Below, in pieces: positions 38,452-54,444 of a DNA stretch of 64,000 nt. The notes under the pieces were generated by a model. It saw only the letters and a list, made by a program, of their open reading frames with translations. It was not told the origin of the DNA and made no database searches. Source of the stretch: Eledone cirrhosa (Eukaryota). The position numbers and the translations under genes are program-made. Every line of letters starts with the position of its first letter. Position 1 is the stretch's first letter. Location: assembly GCA_964016885.1 (NCBI GenBank), contig OZ024743.1, positions 254,076,001 through 254,140,000 on the forward strand. The letters are read 5' to 3'.

Positions 38452-40758
38452 CATCATTGTTTAACATCTATATTTCATGCTAGCATATATATATATATAT
38501 ATACACATACAGAAACATATATTTATCTACACACACACACGCCGATGCATATATATAAATATAAAGAGAGTGAGAGAGGGGGAGTGAGAGAGAGAGACAG
38601 AAAGTGAGAGAAATAGTGACATAGAGTACTAGAAACTCTGTGCCACAGACAGACGGTCTCACTACAATCAACCTTATATGTTTAATGTCTTTAATTGTTA
38701 TGTGAACTCTTGATTGGTCTTTGATTATTGTTTATAAAAATACCACATACTCTTTAATCAAATTGGCACTAATCATAGGTGATTGCCTCTGTTCTAATAA
38801 ATATTTACAAAATTAATTAAAATTTCTCTTTGCTCATTATGAGTTTTAATTTTGTGTATATACATTCCAGAATAGGTACACAATATCACTGCATATCATC
38901 AGAGGAGACTAAAAGTGTTGGTGCCAGGAAGGGCTTCCAGCAGTAAAACACAAGACATATATATATATACATTGTATGATTAACATAAAATACTGTGTAA
39001 CTATTCTAAACCAGATGATGTATCTAGTTAAGAATAGGTACACCATATTCCTCTTTGTTGTATAGACACACATGCCTGTGACACAGGATATGGCAAGACC
39101 AAATCTTTGGAATACAGGAACATCATTTGACAGGCCTCCAAAAGGTTTAAATCTTCACAAATTCATTCACATAGCCTGAGGCTATGATAAAGACACTTGT
39201 CCAAATTATCATGCTGTGGGATTGAAATCAGGACAATGATTTTGAAGCAAGTTTCTTAACCATTCCTCCATACTGTGTCCAAAAACAGAAATGTTACATT
39301 GGTAATAAAGACGGCACCTAGAATGACATTAACTTAAGGCTACACCAGTATCTGTATTAAAATTGTATAATAAACTTACTCCTTATCTGAGAGCAAAGCA
39401 TAATATATTTCCTAATCCACCCAGGTTAGATAACGTACAGCCTCAGCAATAAATAAACAATCAAGGTTTTAGATTCCCTACAAAATGTTCATAGTATCAA
39501 TGTTTGGCACAGCAGTCTATCATATGAGGCTATGAAGCCATAAGATAACATAGAACAAATGAATTATACATGCATACCTACAAACATACACATATAGATA
39601 GAGATACATATCAATATATATATATATATGCCTGCATCATCATTTAATGTCTGTGTTTTAAATGATGATGATGATTGATATATTGTTGCATATACACACA
39701 CACAAATATATATATATACACACACACACATATATATATGCATGTATGCTACAGTATATGAATCACAAATTATTTAATCGATTATGTATATATATAATAA
39801 TTATGTGAAAGTAGGTTGGGGTATGCTTTTGGCATTTTAGCAAATTACTTTATTATATTTATGTATCTATGCATAAAAGGCATTTAATATATCAGTCTAC
39901 TTGGGGAAAAGGTTGTAGATTATTTATATATATATAATATGTGTATACAATAGCTGTGGATTGGAAGAATATTTAGTGGCAGACAAAATATGCCTTGTGG
40001 TATTTAGTTATGACCCTTAGTGTTTTGAGATCAAATCCCACCAATGTCAACAAAATAAATAACTATCAAATACTGTCATATATACAATCATCTCTCTATA
40101 GTTTCCCTAAAAATTTGCTTTTGTGCTGACATTGTAAACAATTATTATGAGCAGGATCATTAGAACAAGAAAAAAATCCCTTTAAGGCTTTAAATTGCTA
40201 TCTCTGTGGAAAGAATTAACTGTGAAGTGTAAACACTCAACTCTTCTGCTGTGCACAGAAAAATATGTTCGGAACAGTTGAAAGTATTAACACTTAATTC
40301 TTTATACAGTTAAGGCTTCTAATGAAAAAGAAATGATTGCTATATCTACCTTATGCTTACCTTAAAAACCTTCAAAAATATGCTGTGTTCAAGCATGAAT
40401 ATTTATTATTTATTTATTTCATCAATATATTTTGTATTATCTCATATCCATTAGTAGCACATAGAGATAATCTTTTTGGGGGCGCTTTTTTGTATTGTTT
40501 TCAATTTTCATATGACTGGGTAATAGCATTTATTCTTTGTGACAAAACATATATTTTATATCCATTTTGTTTTGGTGGCACACCTGACTCAGGGATGTAA
40601 TACTAGCATCTTATCTATGTTTTGGGGGATATAGTTCATGGCAATGTGAGTTATGGCCATCGTAAAGACATAACATTACAGATACTGTCTATCACATGAG
40701 GTTGATCTAGAGGAGGTATAGTTTTATATATTTCATTCTTGAAGTAGAGTATGTGTGT

Positions 40759-40834
<76 letters not shown>

Positions 40835-41107
40835 ATGTGTAGATGCAATCATTTCTAATGTGCCTCTATGTAGTTTAAGTAGTATATCTGCATGGTAAAC
40901 TATATATCAGCATCATCATCATTTAACGTCTGTTTTCCCTGTTAGCATATATATATATATATATATATATTTGTATATATATGTATATATATGTATATAT
41001 ATATACACACACATATATATATATGCATATATATATGCACACATATATGTATACATATATATATACACACATATATATATATATTTATTTATATATTTAT
41101 TTATATA

Positions 41108-41162
<55 letters not shown>

Positions 41163-42084
41163 GCAGACACATACATATATATTTATATATATATATAAAC
41201 AGGAAGAGAGATAGAAAGAGAGTGAGTAAGAGTGAGGGATGGGGAAAAATCACAAATAAGAAAACACCTCATTACTGTAAGATTTAGATGAAGTCGGTTA
41301 ATGTTATAAATCTGACACACCTTACCACAAGACTACATGACATTATTAAATTTCCTCCATGCTTCTTGGTAGCAAGAATCACTTCCGAAAGCCTTTGGCA
41401 TATTTATGTCGCATATTTTCTGCATTTATCTCAAGCAGACACTTCCATATATTACTTTACATCACTAATTCTAACTAGATTTTCTAGGTTTTATTATTGT
41501 TGTAGTTTTTTCTCTTTTTACTAAAGCAGTGTAATTATATATAGAAAGAAATGTTGTTTCTGAAGTGTTGCAAGATTACAGAAGAAATGTGAGAACCGTG
41601 TGAAAGGGAAAAATACAAAAGAAAAAAAAGAAATTTCAAGAAATGAGAGTAAATGAACGATACATATTCTCCTTGAGATTTTATAATACATACATATTTA
41701 CATACATACATACATATATATATATATTGATACATTCATATATGCATACAAACATATATAAAATAACCCTTTCAGTGAAAAATTACCATGAGATTTGAAC
41801 CTAGAAAGGTCGCCTCCTTGTCACAAATCCAGCAGTTGTCCATACAAACCAGTCCACCCTCCCCATGTCACCAATGTTGTCCAAGTGAAAGGTAGCACAT
41901 TTCTCCATTTGAGGGAACTTGAACAGTATGAAATAAAGTGTCTTGCTGAAGGACACAATACATTACCTAGTCAGGGAACCGAACTCACAAATTTCATGAT
42001 TAGCATGGGTTAGACAACCTCTCAGTTAATTTTCCTCAGTTTATATATATATATATTTATATATATATGAATTTTGGGCAGAGA

Positions 42085-44805
42085 TGCACCTCCCAACATA
42101 GACTCATAGTCAGCGACCTCATAGTCAGGACAAGCCGTACTCGACAACAGAGGAGGACTATCCTCAGGAGAAAAATATGGAAGCTAAAGGACCCCACAGC
42201 CAGTAATAAATTTAAAAGCATGTTACTTGATGCTTTCAACAGTAAGGAAGAGCAATTAGAGTCGTACAATATAGAGGAACAGTGGGAATTCCTGAAAGCT
42301 AACCTGCTGAAGGCGGCAAATGAAGTCAGTGGCTGGAGCAGGCCTATAGGCAGGAGGAGAGTAACGTGGTGGTGGAACAGTAAGGTGGAGGAGTCAATTA
42401 AGGCCAAAAAGCAGGCTTGGAAAGTATGGCGGGATGGGGGAAGTAGAGAAGACTATCAAGTGGCCAGGAGGGAAGCTAGGAGACAAGTATACTTCGCAAG
42501 AAGGGAAGCAGAGGAAAGAAAGTTCAAGCATGTTCTACAACGCGAGGACCAAAAACGTGAGGTGTTCAGGATTGCTAGGCAATATGTCAAGGAAAACCAT
42601 GATATTGTCAGGGAGAAGTGTGTCCTTAATGATGATGGTGTACTTGCCATCACTGACGCTGATAAGAAGGTACCTTGGAAATGTCACTATGAAAGGCTAC
42701 TAAATGAGGAGAATAAATGGGAGAAAGAAAGGCTCCCCAAAATCGCTCCAATAGAGGGACCAGCTGTGCTATTTGAAGGTAGTATAATAAGTAAGGCAAT
42801 CAAATATATGAAGACGGGTAAAGCGTCTGGGCCTTCGGAAATAGTTGCTGAAATGCTGAAAGCATCTGGAACGGTGGGACACGCTATGGTCACCCGGGTA
42901 AGTCATACAGAATTGGCCCGTTCCGAAGGACTGGTGTAGCAGCAGCATCATTAACTGCTACAAGGGTAAAGGAGATGCCCTAGATAGAGGTAACTATAGA
43001 GGCATTAAATTAATCGACCAGGTCATGAAGGTCACAGACAAAGTAATAGCCAACTAATCAGAAAACGAATTGATCTAGATGAAAGGCAGTTCGGGTTTGT
43101 GTCAGGTAAAATTACCACAGACGCTCTTTTCATTGTACGACAACTACAGGAGAAGTACCTAGCTAAAAGTAACCCCTATACTTAGCTTTTGTTGACTTGG
43201 AGAAAGCCTTTGACAGAGTCCCCCACTCCATTATCTGGTGGGCTCTTAGAAAACTAGGTGTTGATGAATGGCTTGTGAGAGCTATACAAACCATGTATAA
43301 AGGAACAGTCAGCAAGGTTAGAATTAACAACGAATATAGTGAAGAGTTTAGCGTAAAAGTTGGTGTTCATCAGGGCTCCGTTCTTAGCCCCTACTATTTA
43401 TTATTGCTCTTCAGGCTATAACAGAGGAGTTCAAGACCGGCTGCCCATGGGAACTCCTATACGCAGATGATCTAACGCTCATAGCTGAATCAATGGTGGA
43501 ACTAGAGAAGAAATTCCAAACATGGAAGCATTGCCTAGAATCAAAAGGCCTTAAAGTTACCTTGTCTAAGACTAAAGTTCTAGTTTGTAGGAAGGAAAAT
43601 AGGGCACCCGTCCCATCTGGAAAATGGCTACGCTCAGTGTGTAGGAAAGGAGTAGGCAGAAACTCCATTTTATGTCCCAAATGCAAAGTATGGGTGCATA
43701 AAAGATGTAGTGGGATCACAGGTAAGCTAACTAAGAATATAGATTTTATATGAGGCCGGTGTTTTGGTGCAATAAGTAGCAGCAAGTGCCCACAGAATAC
43801 TAGCTGTATTGCACAGTTGGTTCTATAGAAATAGAGGACACTTTCCGTTACCTGTGTGACAAAATCAGCAGTGGGGGAGGGTGCTCTGAAAGTATAGTAG
43901 CTAGATTCAGAACGGGATGGAAAAAGTTCAGAGAGCTTATACCTCTATTGGTCGCTAAAGGGTTCTCTCTAAAAATGAAAGGCATGCTGTATCATGCCTG
44001 CATACGAACAGCAATGTTACATGGCAGTGAGACCTGGGCATTGTGTGCAGAGGATATACGCAGACTGGAGAGGAACGAAGCTTGTATGCTCCGCTGGATG
44101 TGTAATAGTAATATACGTGAACGGCAAAGCATAAACGAACTAGGGAGAAATTAGGAATAAGAGGGATCAGATGTTGTTTACTCGAAAGAAGACTCCGTTG
44201 GCTCGGTCACGTGATGCGCATGAAAGACGACAGCTGTATAAAAAAGTGCAGGGCGATAAAAACAGACGGTAACCACGGAGTAGGCAGACCCAGAAAAACC
44301 TGGGACGACTTGATAAATTCCGACCTCACACACTTACACCTCTCCAAAACAATGTCACTTGACCGAGATCTTTGGCGATACACAGTAATACAGAAGACCC
44401 GCCTTGCCTAAGTACAAAGCGAAACCTACAGTCAGTAGGCCCTTCTAACAAAAATACAACCCTGGCCCACTACCCTCACCCCATCCACACCACCCCCTTC
44501 AATGTGAAGTTATATTGGTACCACAACATCCAGTCCAAAACAAATGTGGTCGTGTAGGTGTCACGACAAAAAAACACACAGTCCACGCTGTAATGTGGCC
44601 ATGTAGGTAACACGGTAAAAACCTCCCAGTCCACACTGTAAACGTGGTTGGTGTTAGGAAGGGCATCCAGCCGTAGAAAACCCGCCAGACAGTCCTATAC
44701 GAGCAAGACAACAAACCTTGCTTCAAGTGGGAAAATTCCCGTCCAAACCCATGCTAGCGTGGAAGATGGACGTTAAACGTTGATGATGATGATGATGATG
44801 ATGAT
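42085..44805 (+). mobile_element. RTE-clade LINE, 5'-truncated and degenerate
   Basis: QHRLIVSD (end of APE), TWWWN, EKAFDRV, VHQGSVLSP, LLYADD, MLHGSETW, GRPRKTW. The 3' UTR ends ggacgttaaacgtt(GAT)n. Confidence 0.9.
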
Positions 44806-44830
44806 ATTTATATATATATATATATATATA

Positions 44831-47663
<2,833 letters not shown>

Positions 47664-48477
47664 CTTTGATATTGTCGGCAGGGCTGCACTGTACAACTTC
47701 AATAGGAAGTGCGATCTTTGCCTCATGGAGCTCTACCACATAATAACTGCACCCCACGAGCTCATCAACAGCAGAGCTGAAACAGCGATAAGTTGTACAC
47801 ATCGCTTAAATATATCCTTCTACAGATGGGTTAAGGATGAGGAGTGAAACCGTGTACCGGATCTCCCTGCAACAAATTTTAACACCCCGGCGGGCAGGCG
47901 CTGCAAAATAACACCCAGGAAACTAACCATGCATACCAGACCCAGCCTCAAACGACCAAGACAAACAGGTGCGGCAACAAACTTCTCAAAATAAGCGTTG
48001 ATTACATGACACTGTGCGTATCGACAATGGTAAGGTTGTAACCACATCTTGTAACGGATAAAAATATTTGTCCGGGAAAGACTGCCCTAACACCGGCGAG
48101 AGTTACCTCCCTTCACCTGCTGCAAAATCAAAACACGGTATTTTAGCGAGCAATGAATCTTGACGTGAACCTAACCCGAAAAACTCTTTCCGATCAATGT
48201 AAGGAACACTTTTGGTTATTTATGCCCTTGAGAAGCCCAACTTGGCGAAACGTACGTAGGTGGTGTTTTAAATAAACTTGTTTTAACGGTCTATTCTCCG
48301 ATTTCTTACTTTTCCACGTGCTTACGCTCTGCTAACTTTCTGGCCCACTAAATATTAACACTTCGAATATTTAATACTGCCGGCACTAGTATCGAGCACC
48401 TTTGGCATACGCTACTTGGCAAATAACAATGTGTATCAACTATCCTCCCTTTTTTTCTCTCTCTCGATACGTAAATA

Positions 48478-48478
<1 letters not shown>
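47664..48478 (+). mobile_element. Penelope-like element 3' fragment (GIY-YIG C-terminus, 3' UTR/pLTR with hammerhead)
   Basis: DIVGRAALY...KCDLCLMELYHI...LINSRAE...CTH resembles the CxLCLxE...LNxRxE...CxH tail of PLE endonucleases. Hammerhead motif at 48225-48261, then AATAAA. Ends at (TA)n. Confidence 0.75.
48225..48261 (+). ncRNA. Minimal hammerhead motif with U3-A8 core
   Basis: ccc-TTGAGAA-gcc-caactt-ggc-GAAA-cgtacg-TA-gg. Helix III ACGTACGT is palindromic. Helix I has only 2 bp. Confidence 0.55.
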
Positions 48479-48538
<60 letters not shown>

Positions 48539-48605
48539 TAGATATAGAGAGAGAGAGAGATAATTAATTTGATTAATATAACAGGAGGCCTCACTAGTGA
48601 TAACC

Positions 48606-49040
48606 TGTAGTAAGAGTTGCCTCCCCTGCCATGACAATCTCATCACCGCTCTCTAGACAGGAAGTAGGTGGAGTTGCTTCCCTTTGGGATTGACCAGACT
48701 CCCTGGTGGTCACTTCCGGTCAACAGATATAAAAGGAGCGGTTTACCACGAGATCTCTCTCTCTCTCGCCTCCTGATTCCTGAAGTGGTAACACATTCGA
48801 CCTTAGCTTGTGATTCCTTCTTGACGACCCTTTCGTTACCAAGCTCAATGCAACTGTCAGTCTGAGATGAGAGCCTAAGATGTCTCTACCAACTTCAGCC
48901 TTGTATTATGACCATCGGGTAACAAATCCTTATATTTAATGCCTTTTGACTTCCATGAAGTAAAAACTTTATTACCACACACACCGGTATTTACTGTCTT
49001 TTATATTATGTTGCATGTACACCGATACTAATTTCCTAAA
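48606..49040 (+). repeat. 5' LTR (435 bp)
   Basis: TGTAGTAAG...TTCCTAAA with a TATAAAA box at about 48728; matches 54008-54444. Confidence 0.95.
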
Positions 49041-49041
49041 G

Positions 49042-49061
49042 TGGTGACCCCACGACGTGAT
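49042..49061 (+). promoter_or_regulatory. Primer-binding site complementary to the tRNA-Trp 3' end
   Basis: TGGTGACCCC(AC)GACGTGAT against the expected TGGTGACCCCGACGTGAT, 1 nt after the LTR. Confidence 0.8.
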
Positions 49062-49460
49062 TTAAAAAAAAAAAAAAAGAATGGGAAATGGTATACGGTG
49101 TATTTAATATGATATTAAAATAAAAAAAAGAGAAAAATATAATTTAATACAAAAGGAACACCTACAATTATTGACACACAGACAAACCGCAATTGTATAA
49201 ATGTTTTTGCCTTCTTTTTTCTCTCCTTTTCTGCCTTTCGCTTCTCTGGCTAAAAAGATTTCTGAGGATGACAAGATGGAGTCTCTCTTTTAGGTTCCTC
49301 GCACTTAACGTAGTATAACAGCATTCAAGTAATCGCTTGTTCGCACATTGTCCCGGATGCATTATTTTTCCGGTTCAGTGGTCTGACGAAAGAATTTAGT
49401 TTTCCTTTTCTGTTACGTTAGAGACATTTTTCCCAAACGGTAGATTACTACGGCATACCA

Positions 49461-50255
49461 ATGGCTTCCCACTCTGTTTTGCCAACGTACACGGGCGACG
49501 TAAGGTTATGGTTCTCGCAGTTAGAAGCTTTCTTCAGGGCGAACAGAGTTGACGAGGAACTACAACATTCTGTGGTCCTCAGCGCAATTCCGCCGGCAAT
49601 TCTCCCAGCGGTTAAGGACCTCGTGTTAGAGGCAACGACAGACTCGTCGTACACGTCTCTGAAGGCTGAAATACTCAGCCGGACAGAACAGTCGTCAGAG
49701 AAGAGATTTAGGGCTCTGGTCCACCTGGAGCATATAGGGGATGGCACCCCATCGAACCTCCTTAGGCGAATGAAGGACCTAACGGAGGGGTCTGCAGCGG
49801 AAACTGTCCTGCTGAAGCAGTTGTTCTTTTCGCGCCTGCCGACAAACGTACAGGCAATTTTGGCCCCCATGAGGGATTCAAGCACGGTTGAGCAGCTTGC
49901 CTCATCTGCGGACAAAATTTTCGAGGTGACGAATGCCGGAGACAGCGACCCCCTCGCCGCTGTTCAACACCCAGCTCGGGCCACACACACCCATGCGATC
50001 TACGCGGCAGCACCAACAGACAGCTCGACTATCATTGCGATGCAAAGGTCCATTCAGGAGCTCACCATGGAGCTCCACAAGATAAAGGCCTTGTGTGGTG
50101 GCTGTTCGCACTCCCGCAGTCGCGGGAGATCGCAAAGTTTCAGACGGCGTTCCAAATCACCAGCTTCATCCCTATGCTGGTACCACGAGCGATTTGCTGA
50201 GAACGCGAAGCACTGCGTGCAACCTTGCTCCTATCATAAGGCGGGAAACGCATAA
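49461..50255 (+). CDS. gag: Gag, 264 aa
   Basis: Intact ORF with LWFSQLEAFF, GDGTPSNLLRRM and the C-terminal CWYH..F...AKHC..PC (CHCC) motif. Confidence 0.9.
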   Translation: MASHSVLPTYTGDVRLWFSQLEAFFRANRVDEELQHSVVLSAIPPAILPAVKDLVLEATTDSSYTSLKAEILSRTEQSSEKRFRALVHLEHIGDGTPSNLLRRMKDLTEGSAAETVLLKQLFFSRLPTNVQAILAPMRDSSTVEQLASSADKIFEVTNAGDSDPLAAVQHPARATHTHAIYAAAPTDSSTIIAMQRSIQELTMELHKIKALCGGCSHSRSRGRSQSFRRRSKSPASSLCWYHERFAENAKHCVQPCSYHKAGNA

Positions 50256-53200
50256 GAGGTCCTCAGATGGCCTCAACATAAAGCCACCAAACCGCCATTT
50301 CTTCATTAAGGACCTAATATCCGGAAGAGGCTTCCTCGTGGATACAGAAGCCTCCTGTAGTATCTGGCCGGTCCATTGCCTGAAAGATACCCCCATAGAG
50401 TCATCTGTTACGCTGCAGGCAGTTAACCACTCGTCTATAAAGACGTACGGGCAAATCTCGCTCCCTCTTAAATTCCTAAATCTTTGAAGGGATTTTAAGT
50501 GGATTTTTACGGTTGCCGATTTGCCATATCCCATCTTAGGAGCGGATTTCCTCCACAACTTCTCTTTAACTGTGGACGTCCGTTGCCAACGCCTGGTGGA
50601 TAACATCACCGGCTTTTCAATTCATGGCCAGGAAGCCAATGCCCCAATAGTCAGCCCCGTGTTCTTTATCGCTGCCGCTGGTGACGCTTACCATGCGTTA
50701 CTGGGTTCTTTCCCGGAGCTCACGGATGGAAATTTTCGAGTCACTGACCCAGCACACTCGACCGAACACTTCGTTTCCACCACCGGTGCCCCAGTGTTTT
50801 CGCGTCCACGCCGCTTACCGACGGAAAAATTAAAGGCAGCACGGTCCGAGTTCGACCATATGCTGCAGCTGGGCATTATTCGCCCATCTACGAGTCCTTG
50901 GGCTTCACCGTTACACATGGTGCCCAAGACTTCCTGCGACTGGAGACCCACGGGGAATTATAGGAAGTTAAATGCCATGACCGTCCCGGATAGGTATCCC
51001 ATTCCCCATCTCCACGATTTTGCATCTTCACTGCAGGGGTGTAAGATTTTTTCTAAGTTAGATTTAGTGCGAGCCTACCACCAAATTCCGGTCAGGAAGG
51101 AGGATATTCCGAAAACTGCGATTACAACCCCTTTCGGATCATTCGAATTTTTGACCATGCCTTTCGGACTCAGAAACGCCGCTAGCACTTTTCAGCGGTT
51201 CATAGACGAGGTCACGCGTGGTCTGGAATTCGTCTATGCTTACATAGACGATATTCTCGTCGCTAGTTCCTCTCCGGAAGAGCATATGCGCCACATGCTT
51301 CTCTTACTTCGGCGACTTCAGGATTACCGCGTTCGCGTGAATCCTGCAAAGTGTGTTTTCGGTTCCACTTCCCTACATTTTTTAGGCCACCTCATCGACG
51401 CCGAAGGTATTAGGCCGCTCCCTCAGCGAGTTCAAGCCATACAGGAGTTACCGCCGCCTACTACACTTCACCAGTTGCGTCAATTCTTAGGCCTAATCAA
51501 TTTCTATAGGCGTTTCATTCCTCATTGTGCTAATTGGCTATCTTCCCTTACTGACATTTTAAAAAATCGTCGTAAGAAGAATGAAGACATTTCCTTGACA
51601 CAAGGACAGCTTCAGGACTTCCAGTCTGCCAAGACAGCCCTCGCTAGTTCTTCTTTGCTAGCCCACCCGGTACCAGAGGCCAAGCTTTCGCTTTGTGTTG
51701 ATACATCTGATACCGCTGTGGGAGCAGTTTTACAGCAGTCTTACGCTGAAAACTAACGACCTTTGGCATTTTTCTCGAGGAAGTTGAAACCAGCAGAAAC
51801 GCGTTATAGCACGTTTGGGCGGGAATTATTAGCCATATATCTGTCGGTGAAACATTTCTCTCATATCCTTGAGGGGAGAAATTTTACGGTTTTTACCGAC
51901 CACAAACCGTTGACCTTCGCTCTGAGGGCCAAAGCCGACAGATATTCGCCCAGAGAGACAAGGCACCTGGACTACGTTTCACAATTTACAAACGATATCC
52001 AGCACATTGCCGGCTCGCACAACATAGTTGCAGACGCATTATCACGTTTGCCAATTAGCTCCATCTCGTCATCCCAGGAGATCGACTTAGGTCGTTTAGC
52101 TGCAGACCAACCTGCACTCCAATCGTTGGACACTCTTTCTACTGAATTTGCGACTTGCATTTTCAAATATCTGCCCTTGTCCACCACCGACAGGCAGATT
52201 CTTTGTGATGTATCCACTGATGCACCACGACCACTTGTTCCTCAGACTCACCGTCGAATTGTGTTCCTGGCTTTGCACAACATTTCTCATCCAGGATCTG
52301 CTGCCACAGTTAAACTCATAACAGCCAGATTCTTCTGGCCTAATATGAGGCGCGACATTGCTGCTTGGTGCCGTTCCTGTATCGCTTGCCAGAAATCGAA
52401 GATCCATAGACACATCCGGACTCCACTGGGTACTTTCACCACTCCAGATGCTCGGTTCCAACACATCCACATTGACATCGTTGGACCTTGGCCATTCAGC
52501 AGTGGATATTCCTACATATTGACGTGTGTCGATCGTTTTTCGCGATGGCCTGAAGCCATCCCTTTACAAGACATGACTGCTGAGACTGTAGCACGTGCCC
52601 TGGTACCAGGGTGTATTACCCGCTTTGGGGTACCAACTACACTCACCACAGACCGCGGTAGACAATTCCAGTCCCAGCTTTTCTCTGAGCTCACCAAAAT
52701 AATTGGAGCTCAACGGATTCGGACCACAGCCTATCATCCTGCTTCAAATGGAATGGTGGAACGATTCCACCGCCAATTAAAGGCCGCTCTTCGCGCCTAT
52801 CCAGACTCTCAACGTTGGAGCGAGTACCTTCCTATTGTGTTATTAGGAATTCGGTCATCAATAAAGGGGGACCTTGGGTTCTCCCCGGCCGAATTAATTT
52901 ACGGTGCTCCTCTAGCGTTGCCTGGGCAAATGCTTGTCCCTGTTGATCTTGCTTTCCAAGATCCGCTTTCCTACGTATCTCGTCTGCGTTCTTATTTACA
53001 GGACCTGCCGCCGATGGATACGAGGAAGCAAACTGTAAAACCTGCGGTCCCGAGGGACATTGCCTCGTGGACCCATGTGTTCGTAAGGAACGATGCTGTG
53101 AGACGACCCCTCACACAACCATACTCTGGACCCTACCGTGTGTTAGCACGCACTGACACACATTTCACTGTAGACGTTAAGGGGTCCAGAGAGACAATTT

Positions 53201-53385
53201 CGGTGGATAGACTGAAAAGGGCACTCAATGACGCTCATACACCCGAGCCACAAATACCCCAATCTTTCTCTCTTGTGAATACACCTGCTCCTTCTGCCCC
53301 ACCTTCACCTACATACAAGACTACGACCCGTTCCGGTCGGAGAGTCCACTGGCCCAAAAAGTTCTGCCAAGCTATTTTTATGTGA
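50242..53385 (+). pseudogene. pol: Pol (protease, RT, RNase H, integrase) with nonsense codons at 50485-50487 and 51754-51756
   Basis: FLVDTEAS and ILGADFL; [25 protein letters not shown]; RELLAI, FTDHKPL; H..SHPG..C..CQ, HIDIVGP, TTDRG, NGMVER, PYSGPY. All in a single frame. Confidence 0.92.
50243..50274 (+). promoter_or_regulatory. -1 ribosomal frameshift signal (G GGA AAC plus hairpin)
   Basis: The slippery heptamer is in the correct gag phase and pol is in the -1 frame. A gaggtc/ggcctc stem starts 6 nt downstream. Confidence 0.7.
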
Positions 53386-53990
53386 ACTGGCCATTGGAGC
53401 CTTATATATATATATATTTTTTTTTTGCTGTTCTTGTTATTTATTGATTTATTGTATTGCAATGCACCTCTCATTACCATTTCACTGGATCTATATATAT
53501 GTTTTTCGTTTCCTTTACAACGAACATTTTAAGCTATATTCTTCTATTTGCCGGTTTATAAATTTACCACGTAAATTTACCGTTGAAAACCGCGCATTTA
53601 TTAAGAATGCTTATTTCTCTGGTCACTGGCCTCTTGACCCTTCCAGGTCAACGCATTCACAACATCAACGACAACAACACAGATTCATCAACAACTAAAA
53701 CCAGCAGAAGAAGCCAGACAATTTATTTCTGCAGCACTCTGCCTGTGAGAAATTACATTCGGAAGTTGGACATTTCATGTTATACCACAGACCAGAAACC
53801 ACCTGCATTCATTCTCTGGAACACATTCTTTACTGCTGTCATGTGACTGCACACATGTTAACTGTATTTTAGATATTTGAACTTTTGACCTCTTCTCTTA
53901 CTTCCATTACTCTGTACCATAGTTTTCATGCCTCTTACATGCTCGCCATCTTACTCCATGAATGCTTCTTTCGATTTTTATGTTTTAAAA

Positions 53991-54007
53991 ATCTGGCGGG
54001 GGGATAA
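53991..54007 (+). promoter_or_regulatory. Polypurine tract
   Basis: ggcggggggataa immediately before the 3' LTR. Confidence 0.75.
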
Positions 54008-54444
54008 TGTAGTAAGAGTTGCCTCCCCTGCCATGACAATCTCATCACCGCTCTCTAGACAGGAAGTAGGTGGAGTTGCTTCCCTTTGGGATTGACCAGA
54101 CTCCCTGGTGGTCACTTCCGGTCAACAGATATAAAAGGAGCGGTTTACCACGAGATCTCTCTCTCTCTCGCCTCCTGATTCCTGAAGTGGTAACACCTTC
54201 GACCTTAGCTTGTGATTCCTTCTTGACGACCCTTTCGTTACCAAGCTCAATGCAACTGTCAGCCTGAGATGAGAGCCTAAGATGTCTCTACCAACTTCAG
54301 CCTTGTATTATGACCATCGGGTAACAAATCCTTATATTTAATGCCTTTTGACTTCCATGAAGTAAAAACTTTATTACCACACACACACCGGTATTTACTG
54401 TCTTTTATATTATGTTGCATGTACACCGATACTAATTTCCTAAA
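54008..54444 (+). repeat. 3' LTR (437 bp)
   Basis: By eye it differs from the 5' LTR by two substitutions and one CA unit. Confidence 0.95.

Larger units (their letters stand above)
48606..54444 (+). mobile_element. Ty3/Gypsy LTR retrotransposon of CsRn1-like clade, full length with two in-frame stops in pol
   Basis: Two near-identical LTRs, a tRNA-Trp PBS, a PPT, a gag CHCC motif, and PR-RT-RH-IN order. Flanks aacc/aact are a 4-bp TSD with one mismatch. Confidence 0.95.

Noticed and set aside
48668-48865. Duplicated 65-aa ORF (also 54070-54267)
   Set aside because: It lies within the LTRs, so the duplication is explained by the LTR pair.
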